This document shows positions 44,900-60,647 of a stretch of DNA of 64,000 nt, piece by piece; position 1 is the first letter of the stretch; the number at the start of each line of letters is the position of its first letter. Both the position numbers and the translations under genes were made by a program. The notes beneath the pieces are model-generated. The model ran no database searches, was not told the origin of the DNA, and worked only from the letters and a program-made list of their open reading frames with translations. This DNA comes from the human T2T-CHM13v2.0 reference genome, Homo sapiens: the NCBI RefSeq assembly GCF_009914755.1, contig NC_060936.1. One strand, given 5' to 3'.

Positions 44900-46588
44900 T
44901 CATTAAATCTTAAAGCTCCAAAATCTCCTTTGACTCCATGTCTCACATCCAGGGCATGCTGATGCAAGGGGTGGGCTGACACGGCTTTGGGCAGCTCCGC
45001 CCCTGGACTGTTCAGGGCACAGCACCTGCAGCTGCTTTCATGGGCTGATGTCGAGTGCCTGAGGCTTTTCCAGGCACAGGGTGCAAGCTGTTGATGGATC
45101 TACCTTTCTGGGGTCTGAAGGATGGTGGCCCTCTTCTCACAGCTCCCCTAGGTAGTAGCCCAGTGGGGACTCTGTGTGGGGGCTCCAACCCCACATTTCC
45201 CTTCCATACTGTCCTAGCAGAGGCTCTTCATTAGCGCCCTGCCCCCGCAGCAGACTTCTGCCTGGACATCCAGGCATTTCCACACACCCTCTGAAATCTA
45301 GGCAGATGTTCCTGAAGCTCAACTCTTGTCTTCTGCACACCCACAGGCCCAAAGCCATGTAGAATCTGCCAAGTCTTGGGGCTTGTACCCTCTGAAGCGA
45401 TGGCCCAAGCTGTATGTTGGCCCCTTTTAGCTACAGCTGAAGCTGGAGCAGCTGGGATGCAGGGCACCAAGTCCCAAAGCTTCACAGAGCAGTGGGGCCC
45501 TGGGCCTGGCCCATGAAACCATTTTTCCCACCTAGACCTTTGGGCCTGTGAGGGAGGGTCTGTGGTGAAGGTCTCCGACATGCCTTGGAGACATTTTCCC
45601 CATTTTCTTGGCTATTAACAAAGACATAAGCTCCTCATTACTTATGCAAACTTCTGCAGCCAGCTTGAATTCCTCCCCAGAAAATGGGTTTTCTTTTCTA
45701 CCACATGGTCAGACTGCACATTTTCCAAACCTTTGTGCTCTGCTTCCCTTTTGAACATAAGTTCCCAATTCAAACCATCTTTTTGTGAATGCATTTAACA
45801 GCACACTTTCAGAATAAGCCAAGTCACCTCTTAAATGCTCTGCTGCTTAGAAACTTCTTACACAGATACACTAAATCATCTCTCTCAAGTTCAAAGCTCC
45901 ACAGATCTCTAGGGCAGGGGCAAAATGCTGCCAGTCTCTTTGCTAAAGCATAATTTGAGTGACCTTTACTCCAGCTCCCTGTAAGTTCCTCATCTCCATC
46001 TGGGACCACCTCAGCCAGGACTTCACTGTCCATATCACTATCAGCATTTTGGTCAAAACCATTCAACAAGTCTCTAGGAAGTTTCAAACTTTCCCACATC
46101 TTCCTACCTTCTGAGCCCTCCAAACAGTTCCAACCTCTGCCTGTTACCCAGTTCCAAAGTCACTTCCACATTTTCAGGTTATTTTTATAGTGGTACCCCA
46201 CTATCCTGGTACCAATTTCGTGTATTAGTCCATTATCACACTGCTATAGAGATACTCCCTGAGGCTGGGTGATTTATAAAGGAAAGAAGTTTATTTGACT
46301 CACAGTTCTGCATGGCTGGGGAGGCCTCAGGAAACTTACAATCATGGTGGAAGGCAAAGGAAAAGCAAGTACCTACTTCAGAAGGTGGCAGGAGAGAGAG
46401 AGAGAGATAGGGAGGATGTGCCCTACTTAAAACCATCAGCTCTTGTGAGAACTCCCTCACTATCATAAGAACAACATAAGGGAAACCACCCCCATGATCC
46501 AATCACCTCCCACCAAGTCCCTCCCTCAGCACGTGAGGATTACAATTTGAGATGAGATTGGGTGGGGACACAGAGCCAAACCATATGA
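44900..46588 (-). mobile_element. MSTA-type MaLR provirus: 5' LTR (46221-46588) and internal region, 3' LTR absent
   Basis: LTR TGTATTAGTCC...CCAAACCATATGA joined by CTGGTACCAATTT to MST/THE1 internal sequence. Confidence 0.88.
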
Positions 46589-46690
46589 ATGCATGATGAT
46601 AAATGCCCCATGATGGCAAAGGGAGGCTACCTAGGGACACAGGTTATTAGAATAGTTCCTTTCACAAGCTGAATGGTGGGTACATAGGGA

Positions 46691-47305
46691 GTAGTAGGCA
46701 GATTTCTAAAAGAGTCCTCAAGATTCTCACACCTGGGGTACTCACAGCTTCTCCCAGTTATTCAATCAATACTGGTGGAGCTTCTGCTGTGAAGGGATTT
46801 TGCAGATGTAATTAAGGTTCCAAAAGATAGGCCTTAAGATAAGATTATCCTAGATGGGCCTAACACAATCAGCTGAGCCCTTTTAAAAGGGGTGGGACTT
46901 TTCCTGGTGAGAGAGATTTGAAGCATGCGAGGGATTCTGTGAAGGAGAGTTTTTGTTTCTTGCTGCAATGAAGGGGTTCATGTGGCAAGGAGCTGAGCGT
47001 GGCCTCTGTAAGCTGAGGGTAGTCCCAGTTGACAGCCAGCAAGGAAACAGGGACCTTGGTCCTACAATAGCAAAGAACTGAATTCTGTTAACCCAAACAA
47101 GCCTGGAAAAGGACGCTGAGCCACCGATGAGATGAACAGTGAGTAAGTCTGGCCGATACTTGGATTTGTGTGTTTCCCTGAACAGAGAACCCAATCACAC
47201 TGGGCCTGAACTCCTGACCCACAGAATTGTGAGCTAGTAAACAAGTATTGTTCTAAACTGCTAAGTTTTTGGAACTTTGTCATGTGGTAGTATAGAACTA
47301 ATGTA
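46691..47305 (+). mobile_element. MLT1E/F-type LTR
   Basis: GGCAGATTTCTAA...GTGAAGGGATTTTGCAGATGTAATTAAGGT...CTGACCCACAGAATTGTGAG. Confidence 0.78.
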
Positions 47306-47327
47306 TGTAGAAACGATGTTATTCTTT

Positions 47328-47419
47328 GTCTCCCATCCAAGTACTAACCAGGGCTGAACCCTACTTAGCTTCCGAGGTCAGACGAGATCAGGCGTGTTCA
47401 GGGTGGTATGGCTTTAGAC
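47328..47419 (-). pseudogene. 5S rRNA retropseudogene (RNA5SP-type), nt ~1-91, 3'-truncated
   Basis: Reverse complement GTCTAAAGCCATACCACCCTGAACACGCCTGATCTCGTCTGACCTCGGAAGCTAAG...GGTTAGTACTTGGATGGGAGAC matches human 5S rRNA. Confidence 0.95.
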
Positions 47420-48499
47420 AACAATCTTATTGTTTGTATAATTTTTGTACCTTGGAAGTATTTCCTAATGCTTTTTAAGAGCACTAGAACGGGTTGGAGC
47501 TAGGCAGTGTTGCTGAGTTCTGGGCCTGACCCAGGAGCTAAGTAAACAATTAGCTGAAAAATAGCCTGTGTGTTGGTAGGTAGTAAAAAAACAAACAAAA
47601 AAACAATAAATGTTGAATTGGAGACAGTGTATGTCGGTGTGACACTGCTGAGGCTAATTCAGCAACTAAGTGGGGCTCAACATAAGTGAGCTGGGTATAG
47701 ATGGTGAGGATAAAAGCCTTTGGTGAGTGGAGTTCTTCAGGTGAGTGGAGTTCTGTGAAGTTTTTTGAAGTTCAGGGGATCTGAAAAAAACTCCTATTGC
47801 TGGTCAGAATCTCTTGGTTGCTCTGAAGGACTTTGAGCTCTTAGGTTATCTAATATTTTGGGGTTTAGTGGGGGAGTGGGTAGGTTGGGACGGGAGGTCT
47901 CCCTGGCATGGCTGTGCTGGGAGAGGCCATGCTGATACATTCTGGGGAAACGTGCTCCTCCCTGCATCTGTTGTAAGAACCAGCACCCACTCCTCTCCCG
48001 TCACTCAAGTCCTTATCTTCTTCAAACTCTTCCTGATTTCAAAAAGTAATTACTAGATACAGAGGCCCAGGATCACAGACGACTCTCAGGACCACGGCCT
48101 GGAATGACCAAGTCAGGCATGTTTAGGCAGCGACTGGAATAAAACAAGTGTGCGAACTGGGGCTTCTCTCTTCTTCCCACCCTCAGGAGTTAAGTGGGCA
48201 TAGTGTTTCTGTATGAAAGAGCCCCAGACCAACCCATCCACCCGCCTGCTGCATAGCTCAACCCGAATGCTCTGCTAGCAATCAAATTCAATACTGTTTC
48301 CAGTGACCTCATTATCTCACTCCCTTTCACCTTCCTCATCTGGTGGATCCTCTTCCATTAGAAACTCACATTCACCTGGTTTTCCTATTAGAAACCTAGG
48401 AGTACTCCAATCATTCAATTATTTTTCATACTCTGTTCCATCCACTCTTACACCTTTCTAGAACTTATTTCCTTTTTCTTCCCAGTCTTGGTTTAGACT

Positions 48500-49030
48500 T
48501 ATTTGTATATAAACTTTACAGAAAAGTTTACATGCAAACTCCAAAGAAAAGTTGCCATATGCCCTGCACCAAAACCGTTTTATCATTTTCTTCCCCTTCT
48601 CTTTCCACTTCTCCCTCCTCATCTCTCTTTCCCTGTATGTGTATGGTTGTGTTCTCTAAACCATTGGTGAGTAAGTTGAGGCATCATCCCACTTTACAAC
48701 TTGACCCTTCACCGTGTATTTCCAAAGAAAGAACAAGAATATTCTCTTACATAACCCCAGTATAATAATCAAAATCAGGAAATTTGACATTGATGTAATA
48801 GTTGTAGTTAATTCACATATTCAAATATTATCCATTTTCTCAATATTTTTTATAATATTTTTCTAGTTCAAGGTTTACCCAGGATTATATTTTGCATTTA
48901 GTTGTCATGCCTCTTTAGTGTCTTTAATTTGAAACAGTTCCACTGCTTTTTGACTTTCTCAACCCTGACATTGTTTCAGAGTACTGGCTAGTTATTTTGT
49001 AGAAAGTCGCAGTACTTGGGTTTGTCTGCT
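48500..49030 (-). mobile_element. L1MC/ME-type fragment
   Basis: AATCAAAATCAGGAAATTTGACATTGAT...TTGCATTTAGTTGTCATGCCTCTTTAG. Confidence 0.7.
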
Positions 49031-50454
49031 ATTTCCTTTTTTCTTTTAAATGGAGCAATGACATTCCCTTGGGTAGGGTTGTTGAGAGTCCAGATTGGCT
49101 AGAGGCAAAGAAAGGGAAATTGGGAAAGTCTTCCTGGAAGAAGTGAGGTAAGGCAGAAAACAAGTGGGAATTAGCTAGGGACAAGGGGTGGCATTCTAGG
49201 TAGAGGAAACCTGGAATGTGCATTTGTTACAGGGAGAAGTACAAACTGGAAAGAGGTGAGAGGAGAGGCCTCTAGTCATCTGTGTGCACATGCCCTCCTT
49301 AAGGGGAGAATCCTGGGTTCAGACCTCAGAACAAACAGTGGGGCCTAGTAAATGCTGTTAATATTGAAATCCAAAGTCAGAGGTGCTTGTCTTTTGTTTT
49401 TTGTCATTGTGAAAATGTACTCTGTTTATTTAACCAATCCTCTAAAATTGGACATTTGGTCCTTTTCATATTTTTAATAATATAAACACTGCTTTGCTGT
49501 TCCAGCCTTTACTGATGCCTGCCGTGTGCCAGGGACCAAGCTAGGAATGCTTGTTATCCTCCCAGCCCACTTTTTGCTTTGCAATTATTATGCTCCTTAA
49601 TAGTCCTGCCACTCAAATAGGGAAAGTGTTGTTGTCATTGCTACTTGACAGATAAGCAAAATGAAGCCTGAGGACTTTGTCCAGTTTACCCATCTAGAAA
49701 GATGCCAATGCCAGCATTCTAGTCCTAAATCCTTACTGGTTCTTCAACAAAGGCCAGATGCCATCGAGGACAGGAAAGAGGACCACACACCGAAGCCCAC
49801 AGATCTTTCTGCTGGGGAGTTGTTGGCAAAAGCATTCCACTTCCCTGTTTGTAAAGTGGGCAAATATAATACTGTGAAATGCCACAATGTCCTTGAATTT
49901 TTCTCATACTACCAGGCACACAGAGAGGCTCAATGACATGTAACTGTAATTAATGCTGATAAGGAAGCTCATGTCTTTTTCCCAGGGCAAGTGGGAGCCA
50001 ATGAAGGGTTTGGAGCAGCACAGTGGTCAGGCAGACCAAGCTGACTCCCAGCTGTTTCCCCTTCACAGTGGCCTGGGAGGGGCTGCTGGCTCTGCAGAGT
50101 TTGATATTTCCTCAGGAGTACATTCAGGCTGGGAATTCTTGGCAGAAATATCATTTGGCAGGCTCATAATGTCAGTTTGTCCCAATATTGGTGATGTTAA
50201 CTTTGCTTATTTGAGTAAGGTAGCATCTGCCAGTTTTCACTTCTGTTAAGTCACATTTTCTTCCTTTGCAATTAATAAGTAATGTATGAAAAAACAGTTT
50301 CAGGATAAGAGATATCCTGTCTTTCAAGAGACTTTCTCTTACTAGTTTTAACACCCGTTGATGACTTTCCAAGTCCTTCATTGCTTCCCTATTTACTTGT
50401 TGGGCTCTTTAAATACATTTAATCTATTTATTTATATCTGTAAGAACTTATAAT

Positions 50455-52930
<2,476 letters not shown>

Positions 52931-55569
52931 TTTTTAAAATAGATTCTTATGTTATTCAATGAGTTATAATAAATTAGTTACTGTTTCTTTTGATGTTCAA
53001 ATTACCCTGATTTGGCCAGTATGAACTCTTTCAAGCTGACTTTGTGTCCTTTTGATGTGTCCCCATCATTTTTTGAGAATTTTCTTTCTTTCTTGTGAAA
53101 CAAGATGTTTCAGGTTCATCTTATCCTTTCTTTGCCTGGAATCAGCCTTTTTTCCAAGGAATCTGGGTCCCTTTTAATGGAGAAAGGTATTTAGAAATTA
53201 TAATCTGGGTTCTGTGCACACTTAGTGCTACTGGTATATTATTGTTTCTAGGCTTTCTTGGAGACAGAGATAGATTATGTACATATATAATAGAAAGATG
53301 ATTAATATATACGTAGTAAAATCATGTGTTCTAGAGGACACACTTTTTTCTCCCCTTTTTGTATGACAACTCTCTCTAGCAGTTAGAAACTTGGCTCTCA
53401 TTATTGTCAATGTATTTACTCATTTTCTCAAACCTAGGATAACAGAAAAGTTTCAGAATTCTTAATCCATATCACTGCTAAAACCAAACCTAAAATTAGC
53501 CAGAGTTCAACTTTGGTTATAACTTTTTTTTTCTGGAAAAATAGTATAAATGCACAGATCTTAAGTATATAATTCATCAAGGCTGACAAATGCATATGTC
53601 TATGTAACACATACCCCTATCAAAATATATATATCCATCACTCCAGAAAATTCTCTCATGCTTTTTCCCAGTCAACACTGCCACCCTCCAGAGGAAACTT
53701 TTTTCTGATATTTTTTTCACCAAAGATTAGTTTTGCTTCCTCTAGCACTTCATTTAAATGGAATATAGACTCTTTTATTCTTTAGCTTAGAATCATGTAA
53801 GAATCATCCATGTTATTGAGTATCAGTAATCCATTTCTTTTTCTTGCTGAGTTGCATTCTCTTGTATGAATATACCTTGATTGTTTATCCATTTTCCTGT
53901 TGGTGAATATTTGGGTTGAATGTGGATGCTGTGAATCATGATATACACATTTGTGTATGTCTTTTTGTGGACATATACTTTCACTTGTCTTGGATAAATA
54001 CCTTGAAGTGGGATTGTTAGATCATAAGGTAGGTGGGGCAGATTGTACTTTCTAAATCTGGCCACAAGGATATCTTCAGTTCTACATGCTGCTTTTTTTT
54101 TTTTTTTTTTTTTTTTTCAAATGTTCCTCTTTTCTATCAAGTAAAAAACTACTTGAACCTGAGCAGACTTGTGTGGCAGCAAACTGAATAGACTCCATGT
54201 GACTTCTGACGCCAAACTGTAAGATACCACATGTTGCCCTGTGTGTATTTCCCTACGCTCAAGGATCACAGTCCTGTGCTTCCTGTCTTCACTCGCCCCC
54301 TGTGTCAGACATACACACACACAGGTACCTATTGGACAGCTACACTTGGATGACTCCAAATATCTTTAATTCAACATTTCCAAATCTGAACATAAAACCC
54401 TTGTCTCAAACTATTTCCGCTCCAGTATTTTCTTTCTCTACAGGTGGGAACATCATCCAGAAATCTGAGATGTATCCTAGACCCTTCTCTCTAATTAATC
54501 AACAAGTCCATTGATTTGTATTTCCTAAAACCATTTTTTGTTATTCTTGCCTCTTCATCTCCTCTCACCTTTGCCATCTGTCACCTCGACTGTGGCAAGG
54601 CCCCTGGCCACTGTCCTGGCCTCATCTCACACCCCTCAAAGACATTCTCCATAAAGCTGCCATGGTGGCTCATCTAGGTGCAAACCTGAACACTTCATCA
54701 AAATTAAAAGCTGTTTCTCTCAGTAGGTGACATACAGAATGGCCCTTCATGATCTGGCCCCTAATTCTCTCTTGTTACTCTCCTTCCTTCCCCTCAAATC
54801 CCAAATCATCTTCATTTGCTTTTTACCTTCTATATTTGCTTAGAAGTTATATTCCCATTATTGTTCCAACGTAATCCTCCATATCCATTGTCAAATGTCC
54901 CCTCTTTTGCAAAGTCTTCCAGATCACTTCTCGGAAGACAGAATAAATAATTCTCAAATACCATTGCTCACCTGCTTATATCTCTATTATGGTACATATC
55001 ACATGCTGTATGTACTTATTGTTTTGTTTATCCCCTCTACAAGACTGTGGCCTCCTGGAGGGTGGAAACCTTTTTTTTTTCCTCTTTTCATCTCAGTTTT
55101 TCTCGTGCCTCATATGGTACCACTCCATAGAGAGTGCTTATTTAACACTTTTTTTGTTATTGTTGAAATACTGTTAAAGCTATAGTCAAATACTGCTGTT
55201 ATGTAATGTTTAAAAACTGGAAATTCTAGCTTTATAAAATGAAAGTGACCAACTGGCAAAGAAGATCTGAAGAATGCTTATGAGTCTTTTATGTGCTTTT
55301 TTTTTTTCTTATTAGGTTTTGAGTATCTCCTAATTCATTAATGATGAGGAAAAGGAAGAACACTGGCAGGTTTTTATCTCAAGTCATTATTAAAACAACA
55401 CTTTTTTTTTTTTCCCAAAAACATTCTCTGTGTAAAGCATAGAGTTGTCTGTAAAATCAGCATTCGGGAAATGGCTTGGGTCTTGACCTAGTCCATAAAA
55501 ATGGAACAACACTGCTGCTTGGCCTGCAGAGTCCCTCCACCTCTCTAATGTATTTTCCTGATAAAGAGT

Positions 55570-56510
55570 TGATTCATGTTCAGGTAGAAAAGAACGTATC
55601 TCCACATCTCAGTATGTGCCAAACAGAGCTCGTCATCTTCCCTCTCCAGCCAGCGCCACCTCCTGTGCTGCCTATTTTTGTTAATGGTATCACCATCCTC
55701 CCTGCCACCCAGGCTCAAAATCTCCCTGCTTCGCCCTCCCCCACAACAGCCCATCTGCTGTCAATGTTGCCTCCCTGTTCTCTCCCTCACCTGTCCCCTC
55801 TTCTGTTCTCATTGCTGCTGCCCTAATTCAGGTGCTTATTACCTCTTGCTTGGACTGCAGCAGTAACCTTCCCAATGGTCTCTCTGCCTCCCTCAAATCA
55901 GTCTTACGTATCAGGTTAATCTGCCTGAAGCACCGCTTTCATCATGTCCTAACCCTGCTAAACACCTCTCAATGGCTCTTCTCTTCCCTGCAGAATAAAA
56001 TCCACATCCATTCAAGGTGTGGCCTTTGCAACATTATTTCTCGTTACTCTTTTCATGTTCCCTATGTTTCAACTAAATCAAACTACTTTTTCTTTATCAC
56101 TCCCTCATTCATTGACTCACTAGATATTGAACTTCTGGGCAAGGCATGGAGGATACTGAAATGAAAGGTGGCATGTCTGAGCTCAAGCAGCTGCTGGGCT
56201 TGTAAACCTCTCTGTCCCCACTGCCTGGATGGCTCTCTTCACCCCACCCCCTTCTGCCTCTGCCCAAATTCCACTTGTGTTTCAATGCCCTGCTTTCCCC
56301 CAGTTCAAATATCACCTTCTTTCTGAAGCTTTCTTCTGCCTCGCCTCTTTCTCTCTCCAAGCTGGAAGAAATCAATTCCTCCTCACAGGTTATGGCCCTT
56401 CCCATGCATTCTCTTAAGGCTATGTCTCATTTTGTATTGAACACTCTATGTTCCTGAGAGAAAGGTCTATCAGCTTCACCTCTGCATCTAAAATAACATT
56501 CAATAAAATG
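55570..56510 (+). mobile_element. L2 fragments
   Basis: TTAATGGTATCACCATCCTCCC...TGGACTGCAGCAGTAACCTTCCCAATGGTCTC. Confidence 0.7.
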
Positions 56511-57778
56511 CTGTGCAAATACTAATTACTCAATTAATTTAGCTGAGTGAACAAATCTCCCAGAGATACCATGTAAATGATGCCCCCCTGAGGCTTAGAA
56601 TTTAGAACTAGAAAACATTTTTTTTTCCTGTTCTTTGCTTCTCATTGTCCAAAAGCCTCTGGCCTTTTCACTACCATGTTCTTTTTGTCCTGGGCATGAT
56701 GCCCAATTCCACATGGATTGGAGAAGGCAATGCAAAGGGCCAATGAGGCTCTTTAAGCAGCGTCCTGACTTCGTACTCCTGGAACTATGCTGTTTCAGAG
56801 CCACTGTGGTGGCTTGGTTCCTTGGTGACCTAGTGTATGTAGGGTTTATTCTACTCTCTCCTAGAGGCTTGTGGGTTCAGTCATCCGGAGCTCTCTGCTC
56901 CAATATTGGGCTGGCAAAGCAAGGCTGGGAGCCAGGAGGTGGGTGCACAGCAAAGCTTGAACAGGTGCTCCAGCCTCATGTGTAAGGGCAAAGGGTGGCT
57001 AGCTGGGTGCCAGAGCCAAAGGTTGCAATTGCTCCAGGACATGCCAGGGCCCTGGTGAGAATCATAGTCTGATGGCACATTGGTGGGTAACAAGGAGCTG
57101 GGGATAAGTCCAAGCTAAGTCCAGGGCTTCCAAAGAGTGAAGGAACTTCATAGGCTCCTTTGGGAGCTCTCCATGGATGGAGAACTCAGATCACATTTTT
57201 TGGCATCAGTGGATCTGGCCCCATCCACTTTTCTAGTCTCAGCATCCAGCACATTTCCAGGTGCAGACTCTGTTCCCCCCGAACTGCCCACTCATGGTTA
57301 CTCAGGCTCACTGCCCATTTGTGCCCCTGGGATTGCCTAAGCTGGATGCCCTCCCTACTGCCTGTCCCATTCTGGGATTATGGGAATCCTCTCCTTCCAA
57401 GCCCTATTCAAATGCCACATCTACTCCATCCTTCCTTGGATGCTCCACTCAAAATGCACCACTCCTTTCTCTAGTTGTAGAGCTCATTTTATTCTGCTCT
57501 TACAGATAAGGTAGGTAGTTGTTGGTAAGCCTGTCTCCTTCAGTAGATTATAAGATCCTTGAAATTAGCCACATATTATTCAGATGTATGGCTCCAAAGT
57601 TTAGCTTGGTTCCCGGAACACAGAAGCCCTGTAGCTATCTAATAAATGTTTGTCAAATGGGTATCTGAATGAAATACCATCATAGTGTTCTATGGGGAAT
57701 TAATGTGCTTCCTGACAGGTTTTCTACTTCCATGAAGAGTGAGGCAAACACAGATGTCTGGTCCCCCTGAGGTATCTT

Positions 57779-57808
57779 GGCCCTGGCCCTGGCCCTGGCC
57801 CTGGCCCT
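57779..57808. repeat. (GGCCCT)5 hexamer microsatellite
   Basis: Five perfect units. Confidence 0.95.
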
Positions 57809-59174
57809 GAGGGAGTTTTCTGTCCTGTGTAGTGCAGGTTTCAGCACCAGAGGCACCTGGTGAACCCCGCCCCCACTCCTGCCAACCTCAGAAACACGAT
57901 GCCATCCCTGAGCCTGAGACCTAATTCTGTGAGTTGTCTCTGTCTCTTGACCCCCTCATCCTGTTCCTTCTCCTGATGGTTTGGGGTTCCCCTGTTCCCC
58001 ATCACTAATATCTTTGGCCTTGGCAATGCGTCAGAATGTAGGTGAAGTGTAGTCTTGCTCTGAGAGATGGTGAGGGCAGGCACCACCCCCCCAGGGGCGT
58101 CTTGAGCAGTGACAAAGTGGATGCTGTGCTTTGTCCTCTGTCTGCCTTCCAACCATCCCTTTTGACGCGCACATTTTTCAAAGAGCTCAGAGCCCCTGGT
58201 GTCTGTCCAGTATGAGGATGTCGTAGTGTGCTTTCTCATACAGCTTCCTGTGGCCTCATGTGCCTTTATCTCATTCCCAACAAAGCTCAACATTTCTTGA
58301 AGGAAAGAATTGTATAATATTCTAGTATTCATAACATAACATTCAGCACGTAGTAACTATATAATGAACATTGCTGAATTCTACAAATGAAACCCCTGGG
58401 CATCAGCATGAGTCATAGGCATCAAAATAAAACCACTGTGGTCTGTGATTAAAATATCTTCACTGCTGTGTTATCTATGATAACAAATAACTGGAAATAA
58501 TGACTAACCATGAGGGACTCAAGAGTCAATAAATGATGATTGATCACTCTGATGGAATAATATATTATTAAAATGATAATTATAACTGTAATGTCTATGG
58601 AACAATATGGAAAATATTTTTGATAGACTAGTAACTGATGAAATAAGATTTACAAAAATAGTCCAAAACTATCATTGTAATTGTCACTATGCAGTATGAC
58701 AGATCTGGGAAGGTGACATGAATAAATGAACCTAGTATTAATGCTGTAAGAGTTTTTAAGTGATTTTCTTCTATGTCTTTAAGGTTGTGACTATATCATC
58801 TTCTGTATAAAAAATTAAGTATACATTTAAGTAATATACAAATATATAAATAATTTCTGCTTGCAACCTTGGGGCCACAAGTAATAAGAAGTCTGTCTGG
58901 CAATGGAACAGAAGTGCAAAAAGGTGACTTTAATCAATGCAAATGTCTTATATAGCTCATAGCCTTTCCACATGAATTTTGATAATGGAGGTGATGATAC
59001 TGACAATCAAAATATGTTTTCTTCATTGTTCTACTGAAATCTGCAGATTAATATGGAGACTGAAAATAACCATGAGGTCCTATGAAAAATAAGTCAACTC
59101 CAGTAAGGTTGGGAATTTTGGGGAAGAACACCAATCCCACCTTGTGAATGGCTGATTCCTGACTATGTGGATGG

Positions 59175-59365
59175 AGTATGGGGGAAACTGCCCCCATGAC
59201 TCAATTATCTCCCACAGGGTCCCTCCCACAACACGTGCGAATTATGGGAACTACAATTCAAGATGAGATTTGGGTAGGGACACAGCCAAACCATATCAGA
59301 TTCTTTTATCAACTTCTTTCTTTTCTGCTGATTTGCCTACCCCTTTATATGCTCTCCCCCTTCCC
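59175..59365 (-). repeat. Inverted duplicate of 60220-60410 (THE1 LTR 5' part plus unique flank)
   Basis: Hand alignment gives roughly 12-13 differences over ~190 bp, and the match continues past the LTR boundary. Confidence 0.92.
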
Positions 59366-59975
59366 CCCATCCACATAAAGATGGAGTGAGAGAAGTGGAC
59401 AAAAACATTGAAAGGCTGGATTCTGTTTCTCATCTGGTATTAAAGACCCCTGACATTTTAAGAAAGCCACTGACCTAAATAGGTGCTTTCCTTCATCCAC
59501 ATGGCCAGCCAATCCCGTTCAGCCAATCCCACACATTGAGTTCCCCCTGCTGGGTGGCAGCATTGAGCTCAGCATTGGCCACCCTTGGTTTCTGCCAGAG
59601 CTAGCTCATAGGGATCATAGGAGGATAAAATAATATATGGTGGAGGTTGTGGAAAAGCTGCACTAAATAAATGTGAGCTATTGTTAAGAAACATGGGAGC
59701 ATAGCTGTTCTGGATCGGTCCACAATGCTAACAGCTGATTCAGATCTAACCAAAATTGAGACAATCAGCTACTAACAAAGCTGGGAAAAACAAAGCCCTG
59801 ATTGAAATGGGCTGCAGCTGACTTCTCCAATCCTCCCAGCTGGACTCATTCAGGTTTTCACAGCAAATTGTTTGTACCTCCATCAGGGCTGATCACGCTG
59901 CGTGGGACATAAACTCTCTGCCTATGCACCTGCCTCCTCTTCTAAGGCATCACTTCACCCTCAAGAGCTGCTTAT

Positions 59976-59977
<2 letters not shown>

Positions 59978-60016
<39 letters not shown>
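59978..60016. repeat. (TG)n microsatellite
   Basis: About 19 perfect units. Confidence 0.95.
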
Positions 60017-60019
<3 letters not shown>

Positions 60020-60286
60020 AAAATCTGAAGGCCTCAGAGAGGGAGGGAGGAAGAGAGAGGGACATATCTCCTCTCTAAGCTTGCTACTTACAACTTTCTT
60101 GAAAGATATGCAATATCTTCATATATAAGTCACTGTAAATGGATATTGGCCTTTTCCTGAATATGGCTCCCGTTCTTATTTGGGTGGAAACTAGCTGAGT
60201 TAATTTAATACCTCGCTGAGGGAATGGGGAGAGGATATAAAGGGGTAGGCAATCAGTAGAAAAGAAAGAAGTTGATAAAAAAAATC

Positions 60287-60647
60287 TGATATGGTTTAGC
60301 TGTGTCCCCACCCAAATCTCATCTTGAATTGTAGTTCCCATAATTCCCATGTGTTGTGGGAGGGACCCGGTAGGAGATAATTGAATCATGGGGGCAGTTT
60401 CCCCCATACTGTTCTCATGGTAGTGAATAAGTCTCATGAGATCTGATTATTTTAAAAGGGGGTTCCCCCTTTCACTTTGTTCTCATTCTCTCTTGTCTGC
60501 CACCATTTAAGTCGTGCCTTTTGCCTTTCACCATGATTGTGAGGCCTCCCCAGCCACGCAGAACTGTGAGTCCATTAAAACTTTTTCTTTATAAATTACC
60601 CAGTCTTGGGTATGTCTTTATCAGCAGTGTGAAAATGGACTAATACA
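60287..60647 (+). mobile_element. THE1 (B/C) solo LTR
   Basis: TGATATGGTTTAGCTGTGTCCCCACCCAAATCTC...GGACTAATACA. Confidence 0.92.

Noticed and set aside
44797-46502. MaLR internal ORFs as coding genes
   Set aside because: These are fragmented frames typical of decayed MST/THE1 internal sequence.
47328-47419. Functional 5S rRNA gene
   Set aside because: It lacks the last ~30 nt and the terminator, has several substitutions, and is a solitary copy with a TSD.
47722-47754. 15-bp direct repeat GGTGAGTGGAGTTCT with donor-like GTGAGT
   Set aside because: A simple local duplication with no identifiable upstream exon.
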